Origin: Chrysochromulina tobinii
Taxonomy: Eukaryota
Reading direction: 5' to 3'
Length of the DNA: 43,255 nucleotides
Assembly: GCA_001275005.1 (NCBI GenBank)
Contig: JWZX01002618.1
Span: 1-43,255 of the forward strand
The position numbers and the translations under genes were made by a program. Under the pieces are notes generated by a model. It saw nothing but the letters and a program-made list of their open reading frames with translations. It searched no databases and had not been told where the DNA came from. Positions 29,649 through 41,719 of the stretch are shown one piece after another (positions within the stretch are counted from its first letter, which is position 1; every line of letters begins with the position of its first letter).

Positions 29649-32600
29649 TCATTTCCACTCGGGTGCCATCAAAATGCCCTCTCGTGCGCCCCCGCCAGTG
29701 ACGGCTGCGGCCGCCTTCCGGACTCCTTCTTGGACCCAGTCCCGGGCTGGGTCCAAGAAGCCGTCGGGCGCAATGCGCGTATTGCGCGCGACCATCTCGG
29801 CAAAGGCGGCGGGGTCGACGGCGTCAGGCAGACTCGCCTTGAAGCGGTCGGCGAAGTTGCCACTCGCGACCGCTTTGAGCTCCACCTTGGAAGGCGGCGC
29901 CGTGCCGGCGCTCGAGCGCAGCCGCGCGGCCTCTCGGTCGAGGGCCTCCTGTCGCAGCACGTGTGAGCGCGCGAGGGCCTGCTCATAGAGCGGGATGAGC
30001 TGGTCGCGCGACGTTGTGAGCGCCGCTCGAGAGACGAGCTGCTTGAACTCGTTGAAGTCGAGCACGCCGTCGTCGTTCTCGTCGACGGCGCGGCAGAGCG
30101 CGAGCAGCTGCAGCTCGTCCGCCGCCACCTGCTCGTCACGCCGAGCGGTCCACGCATGCATGGCGAGCTCGAGCACGGTGTCCAAGCGCACGAGCTTGCG
30201 CGCGGCACGCTCGGCGATCATCGCAGCGCGCCGCTGCTCCGCCTGGACAGCCCCAAACGCTGCAGCCTCGAGATGCAGCAGCGCATCAACCGCTTCGTCG
30301 TCGTGTGTGCGCGACAATGTGGCGGCGGCGGGTACGGCGGGTGGCGCGCCGGGCGCTGACGACGTGCGCGGCGGCGGCTCGCCGCCCCAGTCGAAGGCGT
30401 GGGCTTCGATCGCGGCGGCGAGCGACGCGCGTGCGACTGCTGCATCAGGCACGGCGATCGGAAGGAGATCGTGCACGGAGGTGAGCGGGAGATTGTAGCT
30501 CGGGTCGACGAGATTCTGGCGCATCCGCTCCTTGGGCACGCACAGCGACAGGAGCGCGAAAAAGAACTTTTGCTTCGGCTCGGACCAGGGCTGTTCGCGC
30601 GGCCCGAGCCCAATCATCTCGGCGGCGAGGCGCAATCTCGGGCAGATCTCGTCGAGCTCGAGCTCCGCGTTGAGAGACACGATCAGGTCGGCGAGCGCGC
30701 GCTGTGCGAGCGGCTTGAGCCCATGCTGACGCAGCAGCTGCTCCCACAGCAGCTCGGCAACGTCCAGGTGCGCCCCCTGCGCCACCTCGCCCATTCGCTC
30801 GGTCACCACCTCTGTCCACAGCGCGGCTGTCGTATCGAGCAGCTCCTGCGTAGATAGGTGCCACTCGGCCTTGCCCGGCTTGGCAGCGCTCGCCGTGCGC
30901 GCGGCTGGCACGGCGACGCTGCCGACGCCCCCAACGGCCCCCTTGCGCACTGAGCGAAGGTTTTGCAGCACGGAGTGCGAAGGGAGCAGCGCATCAGCCT
31001 TGCGGCGCTCGCGCAGCTGGCGCCCCTCGAGGGTCTCTGCGCGGGTGTCCTCGAATCGGCGGACCGAGAGCGGCGGCGCCGAGCGGCCCGCCGAGAGCTT
31101 CTCCCCTTGCACCGCGTGCAGCAGCTCGCGTGGCATGATCCAAAGGCGCGCGCAGTCGCAGGTGAGCTTGAGCCCCCCTGCGGGCTCCTGCAACGGGTCG
31201 TCCTCTGGCTCGAGCGCGTGCAGCTGCAGCCGGCTTGCATGCATCTTGGGCACACGCCCTTCGCGCAGCAGCCCGCGCGCAACCGTCGAGTGGTGCCGCC
31301 GGTTGGCGATCACTCCCGCGAGTAACGGATCGTCGCGGAGCGCTTCATCCTCAATCAAATAGATGTGCTCGAGAGCACGCTCGAGCTGAAGGGCGTCCAC
31401 CACTCCACTCGTGAGCACTCGATTGCCCGCGAGCTTCTGTGCCTTTGGCGGGAGCGCTTCGAGGATCGTCATCAGCCGGTCGGCGGCGTTGGCGCCCCAG
31501 ATTTCGCCGAGCAGCTCGAGCAGCCCGTCGCAGTGCGCGAGCTGCTGGAGGTCAAAGTGCGCGAGAGTTTTCATCAGCTCCGGATCAGTGAGCTCGTCGT
31601 CCCCGCCCGCCATCCGCGGGTCTCTCATCAAGCGCGCGCCCGCGACGCCCTTGGTGGCGTCCTTGGCGTCCTTGGCGCGCTTGGGCCTCGGCGGCGCCGA
31701 CTGAAGGACGACCCTCGCGAGGCCGAGGCGCTCATCCTCGGATAACCCCACAGCCTCGAGGAGCGCCCTAATGAGCGCCTCTCTGGAGGCCGCACCGAGG
31801 CCGAGGGCGAGCGGCTCGAGCGTCGAGTGGAGCTCGATGTCGGAGAGGGTCTTGCAGGCGTCCTCGAGAAAGTTGCACCGTTCGGGGGCGCCCATCTTGC
31901 GCGTGATTGCCATGGCGATCGGCGCGTGTTCGTCGGGTCGACGGCTATCACAAGCGGTCCGGAGCACTGCGCAGAGCTGCTCGACGCTCAACATACTCAC
32001 GAGCTCAGCTGCCGTCTCCTCGAGCATTTCCGGCGTCGTGCAGAGGCGCTCGATGGCGCGCAGCATGCGGCTGACCTTGCTTCGCTCATTGTCGAGCGCC
32101 TTGGCCACGAGGCCCCAGCCCACGCGCTGTGGCGAACTGTTCGCCGCAGCACCACCGCAGCTATTCACAGCACCGCAGCTATTCACAGCACCGCCACCGC
32201 CGCCGCCGCTCCCAAAAAGGCCGCTAGGCAGAGCAGTGCCGCCGGCTTTGCCAGTCGGCGAGCCCTTCGCAGTCGCCGAACCCTTGGCACTCGGGCCGTC
32301 GCCCTCGATGAGCAGACTCGCGTCGTCCTTGAGCAACGCGATCTCCTGCTTGGCTGCGTCGAGCCGGCTGCGCAGCTCGTCGATTTGCCCCTGGAGCGAA
32401 GCGATTTGCCGGTCGTGCTCGGCGAGGTACTCGCGGTGCGCGTGTGCGTGCTCGGTCGCGCCTCCGCGCACCTTGCGCTGCAGCGCCCTGATCTGCTCCT
32501 CATACGCGCGCTTGATCGCGCTCAGAACCGGCGCGGCCGCGTCGAAGCGCGCGATGAAGAGCTCGAGTGCGGCGCGGTGCGGCTCGAGGCGCACCTCGGA

Positions 32601-33080
32601 GGACGCGCTCGCAGCGTCGAGGCACTCGAGCTCGTCCCTGAGAAACTGATCGACCTCAGCGAGCGGATGGGAGGGTAACGTGTGCACACTCCTGCCTTTG
32701 CCGCCCTTGCTGCCACTGCCCTTGCCGCCGCCTCCAGGTGCTGGTGGCAGCCCGCGCGCTCTGTGAGGCATCTTGGGCAGAAAGGAGCTCGGCGGCAGCG
32801 CCGACAATGGTGGAGCCAGTATCGCGTCGTCTCCCGGTGCTCCCATCTGAGACGACGACAGCTGTGCCGCAGGCATTGTGCGGTGGATTGGTACGGACGC
32901 CGAGGTGCGTAGGGGCCCTCGCCGCATTGGCAATGGAGCGGCCGCATCGCTGCTCGAATCGGCGACGAGTGTAAGTCTCGTGCGCACAGCCTCCACTTCG
33001 CCCGTCTGTCGCAGCCCGCCAGCTATCGCGCCCAACATTGTCGCGGGACGAAACGATTGACGAACCGCGAAGACTGCCAT
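29649..33080 (-). CDS. TSNAXIP1-like coiled-coil/EF-hand protein (probably flagellar)
   Basis: RLEPHRAALELFIARF..AAPVLSAIKRAYEEQI resembles the TSNAXIP1 N-domain. LLRQHGLKPLAQRALADL...RLRLAAEMIG resembles the mid-domain. EF-hand DENDDGVLDFNEF. Start codon is uncertain. Confidence 0.65.
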   Translation of the reverse strand: MAVFAVRQSFRPATMLGAIAGGLRQTGEVEAVRTRLTLVADSSSDAAAPLPMRRGPLRTSASVPIHRTMPAAQLSSSQMGAPGDDAILAPPLSALPPSSFLPKMPHRARGLPPAPGGGGKGSGSKGGKGRSVHTLPSHPLAEVDQFLRDELECLDAASASSEVRLEPHRAALELFIARFDAAAPVLSAIKRAYEEQIRALQRKVRGGATEHAHAHREYLAEHDRQIASLQGQIDELRSRLDAAKQEIALLKDDASLLIEGDGPSAKGSATAKGSPTGKAGGTALPSGLFGSGGGGGGAVNSCGAVNSCGGAAANSSPQRVGWGLVAKALDNERSKVSRMLRAIERLCTTPEMLEETAAELVSMLSVEQLCAVLRTACDSRRPDEHAPIAMAITRKMGAPERCNFLEDACKTLSDIELHSTLEPLALGLGAASREALIRALLEAVGLSEDERLGLARVVLQSAPPRPKRAKDAKDATKGVAGARLMRDPRMAGGDDELTDPELMKTLAHFDLQQLAHCDGLLELLGEIWGANAADRLMTILEALPPKAQKLAGNRVLTSGVVDALQLERALEHIYLIEDEALRDDPLLAGVIANRRHHSTVARGLLREGRVPKMHASRLQLHALEPEDDPLQEPAGGLKLTCDCARLWIMPRELLHAVQGEKLSAGRSAPPLSVRRFEDTRAETLEGRQLRERRKADALLPSHSVLQNLRSVRKGAVGGVGSVAVPAARTASAAKPGKAEWHLSTQELLDTTAALWTEVVTERMGEVAQGAHLDVAELLWEQLLRQHGLKPLAQRALADLIVSLNAELELDEICPRLRLAAEMIGLGPREQPWSEPKQKFFFALLSLCVPKERMRQNLVDPSYNLPLTSVHDLLPIAVPDAAVARASLAAAIEAHAFDWGGEPPPRTSSAPGAPPAVPAAATLSRTHDDEAVDALLHLEAAAFGAVQAEQRRAAMIAERAARKLVRLDTVLELAMHAWTARRDEQVAADELQLLALCRAVDENDDGVLDFNEFKQLVSRAALTTSRDQLIPLYEQALARSHVLRQEALDREAARLRSSAGTAPPSKVELKAVASGNFADRFKASLPDAVDPAAFAEMVARNTRIAPDGFLDPARDWVQEGVRKAAAAVTGGGAREGILMAPEWK

Positions 33081-33186
33081 CTAAGGAAGACGGGCCCGCG
33101 CGCGGCGCCGCGCGCCTCCGATGTCGATGTGTATGGGGTTTCGGAAACTGTGAAACAATTCAGGCCGTTGCTGTGAATATCCCACA

Positions 33187-33215
33187 TGACTTGACTTGAC
33201 TTGACTTGTCTTGAC
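33187..33215. repeat. (TTGAC)n tract in a divergent promoter region
   Basis: tgacttgacttgacttgacttgtcttgac. Confidence 0.85.
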
Positions 33216-33282
33216 GCAACGTGCATGGGCTTCTATTGTTTGGGAGGCCGTCCACAGCGCGTCCGTGGAGGGCCGCCTCTCG

Positions 33283-36200
33283 ATGCCGGCCGGCGACTGG
33301 AACCTGCAGCCGGTGAGAGCCGCGTACGCGCCGACGCCGCACAGTCGTCCGCCGGGCGATTGGGAGGATGAGGAAGAAGACGAGGGCGAGGACGAGGACG
33401 AGCTCGGCCAGGACGAGGAGGAGATGGGCGAAGAAGACGAGGAGGAGGATCAGGAGGACGAGGAGGATGAAGAGGAGGAGGAGGCGCGGCTCGCCAACTC
33501 GGTGAGCGCCATTGTGCAGCGCCTGCGCTCTGTGCTCGCTGCCAACCACAGCCGCGTCATCGACCTCTTCCGCCAATGGGACCGGAACGGTGACGGCACG
33601 TGCACCAAGGTGGAGGTGCGCCGCGCGTTGGCCGTGCTGGGCCAGGACGTGCCCATGGCAGAAGTGGACGTTCTCTTCCGCAGCCTTGACGCCGACGGAT
33701 CGGGAAGCATCGAGTATAGGGAGCTCCATCGCATGCTCCGGCGGCAGGCCGAGGCTGCGCAGAATGTCGACCGCAGCGCAGCCGAGGTGGTGGCCGCCCG
33801 CAGGCAGCAGGAGCAGCAGCGGCAGGAGCAGCAGCGGCAGGAGCAGCAGCGACAGGAGCGGCGACAGCAGCAGCAGCAGCCGCCGCAGCAGCAGGATCGC
33901 AAAACGCTATCGAAAGCGGAGCTGGAACGCAAAATGCAGGCGCGACGTGCCTTCATCCGAAGCCTCGTGCCGCCGTTTGAAGACATGACGACGGTCCAGG
34001 AGCAGGCCGCCGTCGAGCTCGCCGAGGAGGAGCTCGCGGAGAAGGAGGAGGAGGAGCTAGCAGCGGCGGAGGCGGCCGAAGCGGAGGCGGCCGAACTCTC
34101 AGAGCTCGAGAAGGCGATCGCGGAGCTTGATGCTGTGGATGCTGCCTACGCCGCCTCGCAGAACGGCAAGGACAAGGAGGAGGAGGAGGAGGCTGAGGAA
34201 GAGGAGGAGGCTGAGGAAGCTGAGGAGGCTGAGGAGGAGGAGGAGGAGGAAGACCAGGACCAGGACCAGGACCAGGACGAAGACCAGGATCAGGACCAGG
34301 ACCAGGAGGAGGAGGAGCTCGCGGCGGCGTTCATGCGCGAGGCGCTGTACGGCACTCCCGCCAAGAAGCCGAGCTCTCCGCCGCCGCGCGATGCCTTCCT
34401 GGAGAAGCTCGAGGCGGTGGAGGCCAAGAAGGCCAAGAAGGGTCTCAAACCGTCCCCTCCCAAGCCGACACCTGCCGCGCCTGCAGCTGCCGAGCCCGTC
34501 AAGGCGTACGACTGGCACGAGGACGAGGACGATGTCGATGTGGAGGCGTGGGAGGCGGAGGCGCAGCAGCGGGCGGCGGAGGCGCAGCAGCGGGCGGCGG
34601 AGGCGCCGCCTCGCGCCACGTCGCCGTCGCCCCCCCCTGCGTCGTTGACGACGTCGCCACAGTTCAGATCGAAGGCCAAGTCCCTCGGCTTCGAGGAGAG
34701 CAACGCGACCGAAGTTTTCGCCTCCTCCTCCCCTATTCGGCCGAGGCCGCGGCCAGCCTCGGCCGAGCTGGTTGGAGCGATCGAACGGTCTCGTGCAGCG
34801 ACGCCACAGATGGTCCAAAGTGAGGGCTCGTCGTTCCAGTCGAAGGTCCACAGCGTGGGCTCGTCGTCCCAGTCGAAGCCCGAGTCCATCGGGCGTGTGT
34901 CGGTCGCTCCCCCAGCCGCTCCCGCGCCTCAGCAGCTGATGCCAACGGCGCAGCCACAGAGTACCTTGCAGCACAAGGTCATCGGTGCACGGCCAGCCGC
35001 AGCGGCGCCGATGCTTTGGGCCAGCGATGACGAGGCCCCCAGTTGGAGGGTGCCGCAGGAGGTGCTGCACGAAGCCGTTCGAGCGCTCCAGCCGTACTCA
35101 GAGTACCTTTCAGTCACCTTTGGGGCGTACGCCGTCGATGCCGTCGATGCCGTCGCCAACACGCGCACGGTGTGGCAGCAGATGGGAGCGCGCGAGGTGC
35201 CCGTGCTGAGCGCAGCGGCCTTCTTGGCGCTGCTGCGCGACCACCGTGTGCAGCGCCGCGTGCTCGTGCGCGTGAGCAGCCGCGATGGGCTCGGCGGACG
35301 CGTGCACCGCGCTGCGCTCGAGACGAACGCAGCCCTGCATGCCTTTTACGCCGCGTCGGGCGAGACGGACGTTCAGGGTTGCGTCGACGACTGGCGAGAG
35401 GAAGAGGAAGAGGACACCGACTTGCTTCACAGCCTCGACGGCATGCAGTTCCTCGAAGCGCTCGCGCGCTGCGGGCTGCACAAGTACAAGGACGCGTCCT
35501 TTCTCGCGCCCGGTGCGAGAGCCGAGGGGGCCGCGCTCAATCTGCTCGGCCTCGCTGACGAGGAGGGCGTGCTCAACTTTGGCGCGAGAAGCTTCAAGCC
35601 CGCGCGCTTTGATTTCCTTAAGGTGCCGAGGCTGGAAGGGGAGAATGACGCGCGTCGCGCACTCTGGCGGCAGCTATGGCCACGCATTGACCTGGCCATG
35701 ATCGATGACTTCCCTGCGTGGGAGCGCCCCGTGCACGATCTGCTCCAAGGCAACCTCTCGGCGCTCGCCGCTGTCTTTTTGGGCTACGCGCCCATGGGCG
35801 AGAAGGACTGGCTGCAGCTGCTCAGGGATGCGTGCCCAGGTACGGAGGGGCTGCCCGGATCGGCGGTCTTCCGCGCCGTTGTGCCGGCCGGCAGGACGCT
35901 CTCGTTCCATCGCTTCTTGCTCGCGCTCTGCCTCATGGCCGAACATCTCGCCAATCCCCACAAGCGATACCAGATCGAGTGGGCACCTGTGCTTACGAAG
36001 GGAGCTGCTGCTGCTGCTGCCGCCGCCGCCGCCAAAGCAGACGAGGTGGCCTCCGAGCCCAAGCCGAAACCCGCCAAGAAGACGCTCGGCACGCCGACAA
36101 CCGCCAAGTCAAAGCCAGAGGCCCTTGTGGAGGCGCTCGATGGCTTCCTGCAACAGAATCTGCTCACGCCTGGTAAATGCAAGCGCTCGCCGGTGCTCAC

Positions 36201-39200
36201 CCTACACGCAGAGATGCTAGAGGACTCGGCGCTCCAGGTGATGATAGGCGACTTTAAGCCGCAGCTACAGCAGCTGCATGACCTCGCCGCGGCGCCGGTC
36301 GCCGGTGCTGCAGCCGAGGGCTCGAAGAAGGTGTCAATCGCGCGCTTCCTTTGGCTCTTCGCTGACCGCGGCCTGATGCGAGAGCTGCGGCTGCGCAACA
36401 CGGCGCTCGGCGTGCTCCCGGGCGTAGACGGACTGCGGCGTACCTTCACAGTCTCCCTCACCAAGGATCAGGTGCACGCCGCCTTCCTCGACTCGCAGCA
36501 GGATCGCCTGTGGGCTTCCCTCGCACCCAAGGAGCTCGAGGGAAGCGTCACCAAGCAGGCGGCCGCTGACAAGGGCGGGTTGAACCTAGAGGGCTTCATC
36601 GAGGCGCTCGTGCGCTGCGCCGACTTGGCGTGGCGTGAGGTGGCACTTATGGAGCGCTCAGTCCGGTTCCGCGCCGTGGTGCGCTGCCTCCTGAAGCAGG
36701 CCACCGAGGAAGAGGCGCTGAGTGAGGTGCTCACACAATGGGCGCCGCCCGTGTACACCCCGATAGCGGACGCGGATCAGCGAGTGGGTGAGTCCGACGT
36801 GCAGTTCGCTCTCTGGCGCAAGGTGTGGAAGCGCATCGAGCTTCGCGACCTCGCCGGCTTCAAGGTTTGGGAATACAACGTGCACAGGGCGCTCCACGAG
36901 AACTTCTTGCAGCTGTGCTCTGCCTTCATCTACTACGCGGGCGTGGGCGCGGAGGAATGCGAGCGGCTTGCCGGGCTCGCGATGAAGCCGCGCTCGGAGC
37001 TCGGCCGCCCCTGCCCGCTCTTGCGTCAGCCTGGCAAGGATCAGAGCGCGGCCTGTAAGCTCAACGGCTGGCTGCAACTCATCTACGACGCTGGGTTGAT
37101 CGACCCGGTGTGGACCGACCCTGAGGATGAGGTCGAGTACAACTTGAAGAAGAAGAAGCAGCAGCAACAGGTACTGCGCGCCGCGCGGCTCATGGCCGAG
37201 GTGTGCGCCCGCGATGTGGACGGTCTCGACACGGCGACCGTTGAGGCCCAAGCGCTCAATTGGAAACCGTCGCAGGAAGGCGACAAGGTGGAGTCCGCGA
37301 CTGCCGAGGCGGGCGCGGCGGCGCCATCCAGGGCACTCAAGGCTAATGCACCCGGGGCGGTGCCTGCCGTTTCGTTCGATGCAGTGACTACCAGACCGGG
37401 CAAGAGCGCCGCAGGGCCCAGTACGATGAGTGTCGGCTCCGGCGAGGAGAACGCCGAGGGCACCGAAGGGGATGGGCGGCGCGGCCCGTCGCGCAAGGCC
37501 GGCATCCCTATGGGCGCCCGTGGGATTGTGAAGCCAAAACCTAAAGGGTGGAAGCCGGCAGCGCCGCCGCCCTCCTCGTTCACCAAGGATGAGACGTCGA
37601 AAAAGATCCGCGCCGAGGCGGTCGAGGCGGCCAAAAAAGTGGCCCTCGAGGCAAAGGAATTGGCCAAAAAGGGCGCCGAGAAGGGCAAGGCGAAAAAGGA
37701 AGAAGTCAGGGAGGAAGGTTCGCCTGCGCCCGACGAGGCGTCCGCGGCGCCCAACGCGGCGCCTGCCGAGGCTCCCAAGGGCGGCGCACGCGCGCGCGCC
37801 AAGGCGCGCGCGGCAGCGTTGGCAGGCAAGTCGGGCGAAGAGGCTCTCGAAGCCGAGGGGGGGCGGCGCCGGCAAGGCGGCCAATGCCGACGAGAAAGCG
37901 GCCAAGAATGTCGAGGTGCAGCTGCTTCTGCCCGCGTTCCTCGAGCTCCTGTGCCGCGTGGCGCTCGCGAGCTGCGTCGTCGATGCCGACGGCAGCGAGC
38001 AGCTTGCGCCCAACTCGGCGCTCTTAGAGTTCGAGGACAATGAGAGCCACACGCCGGCAGACTGTCTGCGCAAGCTGTTCATTGTGATCTTTCCGCCGCC
38101 CGGCGGTGTGAAGAAGCTTGAGGAATCGAAGATCCGACCACGCCGTGCGTCTCGTCATATACATGAAGATTGGGGAAGTGACGCGGAGGAGCAGAAAAGG
38201 AAAAACGACGACCTGCGCGACGTCGATGGGGAGTCATCGCCGGAGGGCGGCCGCTCGACCGGGCTCATTGCGGTCCATGGTTTCAAGAAGCCGCCCCTAC
38301 GCGGCGTGCAGCTGGACTCGGCGATGGAATGGCGGCGGCGCGTGGCCGCAGATGCGGCCGTGCAGGCTGTGCTCAAGCGTCTCGGACCCACGCTGCATGA
38401 CGTTTTCACTCCGCCCACGACGGGGATGATGAAGTCACGCCCACCTGCCTGGCGCTTTGGCGAGTTTTTTGCGCTCCTGGTGCGCTGCGGGCTGCTGGCG
38501 GACGTGCAGATGCCGCGGCTCTCGCAGATTGTGGGAGATCCGATGACCGCCACCGCCTTCCAGCTGCATCTCACGCCGGAGATGGTGGCGCGTGCGTGGC
38601 TTGAGATGCGCATCAATCACCTGCCGCCCGGCGTGCGCCCGGCCGCACCGATCTCGGGATCGGCGATCGTGCTCGGCGCCATGCCGCATGCACCCTGGAT
38701 GAGCAGTAAGGGTGGGGTACAATTCACGGGCGACTTTATCAACGGCGGCGGGCTACGTCTCGATGAGGACGGCGGTGGGGTCGACTTCGACGAGTGGATG
38801 GAGTTGCTCATTCGCGTGGGTGAGTACCGGTACCAATCCGTGCGCTGCGGCCTTCCACCAGATGACTCGTCGCCGCCCACGGCCGTGTGCGCCGAGGCGC
38901 TGATGCAGCATGTGGCGGCTATCAAGTCCGAAGTCGTGTCGCTGCAGGAGGCGAGTCGCATCCCCTTCCCCCGCAGAGCCTTGAGCGAGATTGGACTCGG
39001 GCTCGGCGAGTCGCCGGACGATTTCGCGCGCTTCAAATGGCTCTGGGGCCAGCTGTGCGTGGAGTTGGAGCGAGTGCACCTATGGCCCTCGTGGGAGAAG
39101 AAAGCCTTAGAACTGCTTCGCGACACGGGGTTTCCGCGGCTGCAGGGGATCTTCGCGTACTATGTCAAGGCACGTTGGGTCGACGCCATCGACTGCGATC

Positions 39201-41338
39201 TACCGGTCACCATGGGCCAGGAGGCGTGGGAGGAGTTTGTGGACGACTGTGCCTTCGCGACGCCCGGCCTCTCCTATGCGAATCTCAAGGCGATATTCGC
39301 GCAGGAGGTCGAGCGCTGCGGTGGGCCGCTGAACGTCATCCAGTTTATCGGGCTCCTCGTCTTCATCGGGTTCAAGCGCATCCACCCCGAGCATCGAGCG
39401 GGCGACTTGGACAAGCCGCACATCCGGCCAGTGCCCGAGTGCCTGCGCGAGCTGCTCGAGGTCTTCGTATTCCCGCGCGCGAATTGCGACCCGTCCGTCG
39501 AGGCGGCGCTGCGTCAGCGCAAGGCTGAGGGTGTGATTGAGTGCCTGCTCGATCACAAGCGGGCGCTGCGAGCGCTCTATACAAAGCTCGGCGGAGAGAA
39601 CGTCGACAAACAGGGCAGTGCGGCGGTCGTGGTGGCGGCGCCGCCAGCGGTCCCGGCTTCGGTGGCAAACCCCGCGGCGGCGGCGGCGGCGGCGAGCACG
39701 GCGAGCACGGCGAGCACGGCGAACATCGTGGTAGAGAAGGCGAAGGATGATTCAGGCGGCCCCGAAGAGGGCGTTGGACTCGGGGTCGATGAGTTCCTTC
39801 AGCTGCTCGAACAGACGTGTGAGGGCTGGGTGTCGGAGACCGTCGAGCATCGCTCAGAGATCACTGGTGAACCTGCCACGCGCACCTTGTGGCAAGTTGG
39901 TCTCTCTCTGCAGCAGGCGGTGAGCGCCTATAAGGACTCTCGCAACGTGACCGAGTGGTGGACTACCCGATTGACCTTCAACGGCTTTGTGCAAGGCATC
40001 TGCCGGTGCGCCGAGTCCATGTTCTCGAGCGTGACGGTGATGTCGCCCGGGGCTCGCGTCGACGGCATGATCAAGCTCGTACTCAAAACCTCCTCTCGTA
40101 AGGACCTCGTCGACAAGGCCACGTATGTCCGGGCGCCCCAGCGCTTCGACTCGATCGCCTACGTCTCGAACGCCATCGCACAGAACAACGCGAAGGCGCA
40201 GTTCACCGGCTCGTCCTCGGTGAGCATCGGAAAGTTCCTCGACTGCTGGGCCAATATGTCCTTGGAGCTACTGCACGGCTACCCAACGTGGGACAAGGAG
40301 CTCTACCTTCTCGTGCAGCCGTACTTTGCGACGCTCTGCCGCTTCTACACCTCGTACGCGGCGCAGCTGCCGCGCAACGAGGCAGACCTGTCGCCCCCAC
40401 CGTTTGAAATCTGGGCGTTCACCCTCGACATGCTGCCAGAGCACTTTGAGATGCTTGTGACCGACATGGGCCTGAGCAAAGAGGCCGTCAAGATCTTCGA
40501 GCGCATGCCACTCACCACCTCGGTGGTGCCTGGCGTCCAAAACGGGAACACGCCCGCCTTCCGTGGGCTTCCACAATTCCTCTCGGCGTTGATCTTAGCC
40601 GCGTTCAACTACGCCAACCCCGAATACGAGACGTGCGCCGCCCTTGGCAAAATCGACGAGGAGCGGCTGATACCCGTACCCGAGAGCGTCAAGCGAATGT
40701 TCGAGCACCGCATGCCGCTCACCCTGATGCGCCGCTGCCATGTGCGCCTCAAGCACGAGGTCGAGCTAGCCAAGGCACTCAACGCCGACAAGCTGAATAA
40801 GCTGCAGGTGGCGCGCACGCGCGAGCGCAATTTCTTGATCGAGGCGGCCGGCATGCAAAAGCGAGGGGGGGATAGGTCGGCTGACGACGAGGACGACGAA
40901 GATACCCCGCGCCGGCCACGGCGTCACGCAGACAAGATCAAAGTGGTCGAAAAGAAGGTGGTCGATCCGGCGGTGCTGCACAATGAGGTGCAGACCAGGG
41001 CGCTCCAGTGTGAGGACTTTTCACGCATCCTGAAGCGCAAGCAGGCAGACCTCGCGCTGCTCGAGACGGACCTGGAACCGTTGCTCAGGGCGGAGGGCAT
41101 CGCCGTCGTCAAGCAAAAGAAGGAGGTGGTCGTGGTCGAAGACGATGGCGCCGCGACGAAGAAGGCAAAGCCAGGCAGCGCAACTGACGCAACTACAAAG
41201 CGCCCCACGAAGGCGGGCGACGCGACCGACGCAACTTCAAAGCGCCCCACGAAAGAATCACTGCCTGATGCGACCACGAAGCGCCCAACCAAGACCCTGC
41301 CGCCCGATGCGACCACCAAGCGCCCCATCAAGGCATGA
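33283..41338 (+). CDS. Giant (~2,680 aa) EF-hand protein with acidic low-complexity regions and four internal repeat modules; +1 frameshift in a G7 run at 37857-37863
   Basis: EF-hands DRNGDGTCTKVE and DADGSGSIEYRE. The same repeat module lies on both sides of the frameshift. Deleting one G gives AEGGGAGKAANADEK...LLLPAFLELLCRVA in one frame. Confidence 0.8.
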
Positions 41339-41719
41339 ACGAGCAAAACAGTACGGCTTTATCTGGAAGAGTACGTCTAAGTTAAGTACAATATCTGGAT
41401 CTTGGGCTGACAAAGCGTACACAGCACAAGAGAGGGCGAATGTCTTCACCGGAACCGCACAACTGGGCTAAAGAGCTCTAAAGTTACTGTGTAGTGTGTA
41501 GCTATACAGCGGGTTGCGAGATAGCATAGTAGTGCCGCATCTCAATTTGTAGGGGTGATAATAGTATGATCGAAGGACGTGCTAGAAGCCGCCGAATATG
41601 CTGAGTCATTCGTAACGGCGAATCGGCGTCGAGGGTTGCGCACACCGCGCGACACCTCGCGCGTTGCGTTGGGCGCCAATTTCCGTGAAGGGTCCCTATA
41701 AAAACTGAGTAGATTTGGG

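Noticed and set aside
37857..37863. Programmed ribosomal frameshift
   Set aside because: A +1 shift in a plain G homopolymer with no evident stimulatory structure is better explained as a sequencing error.
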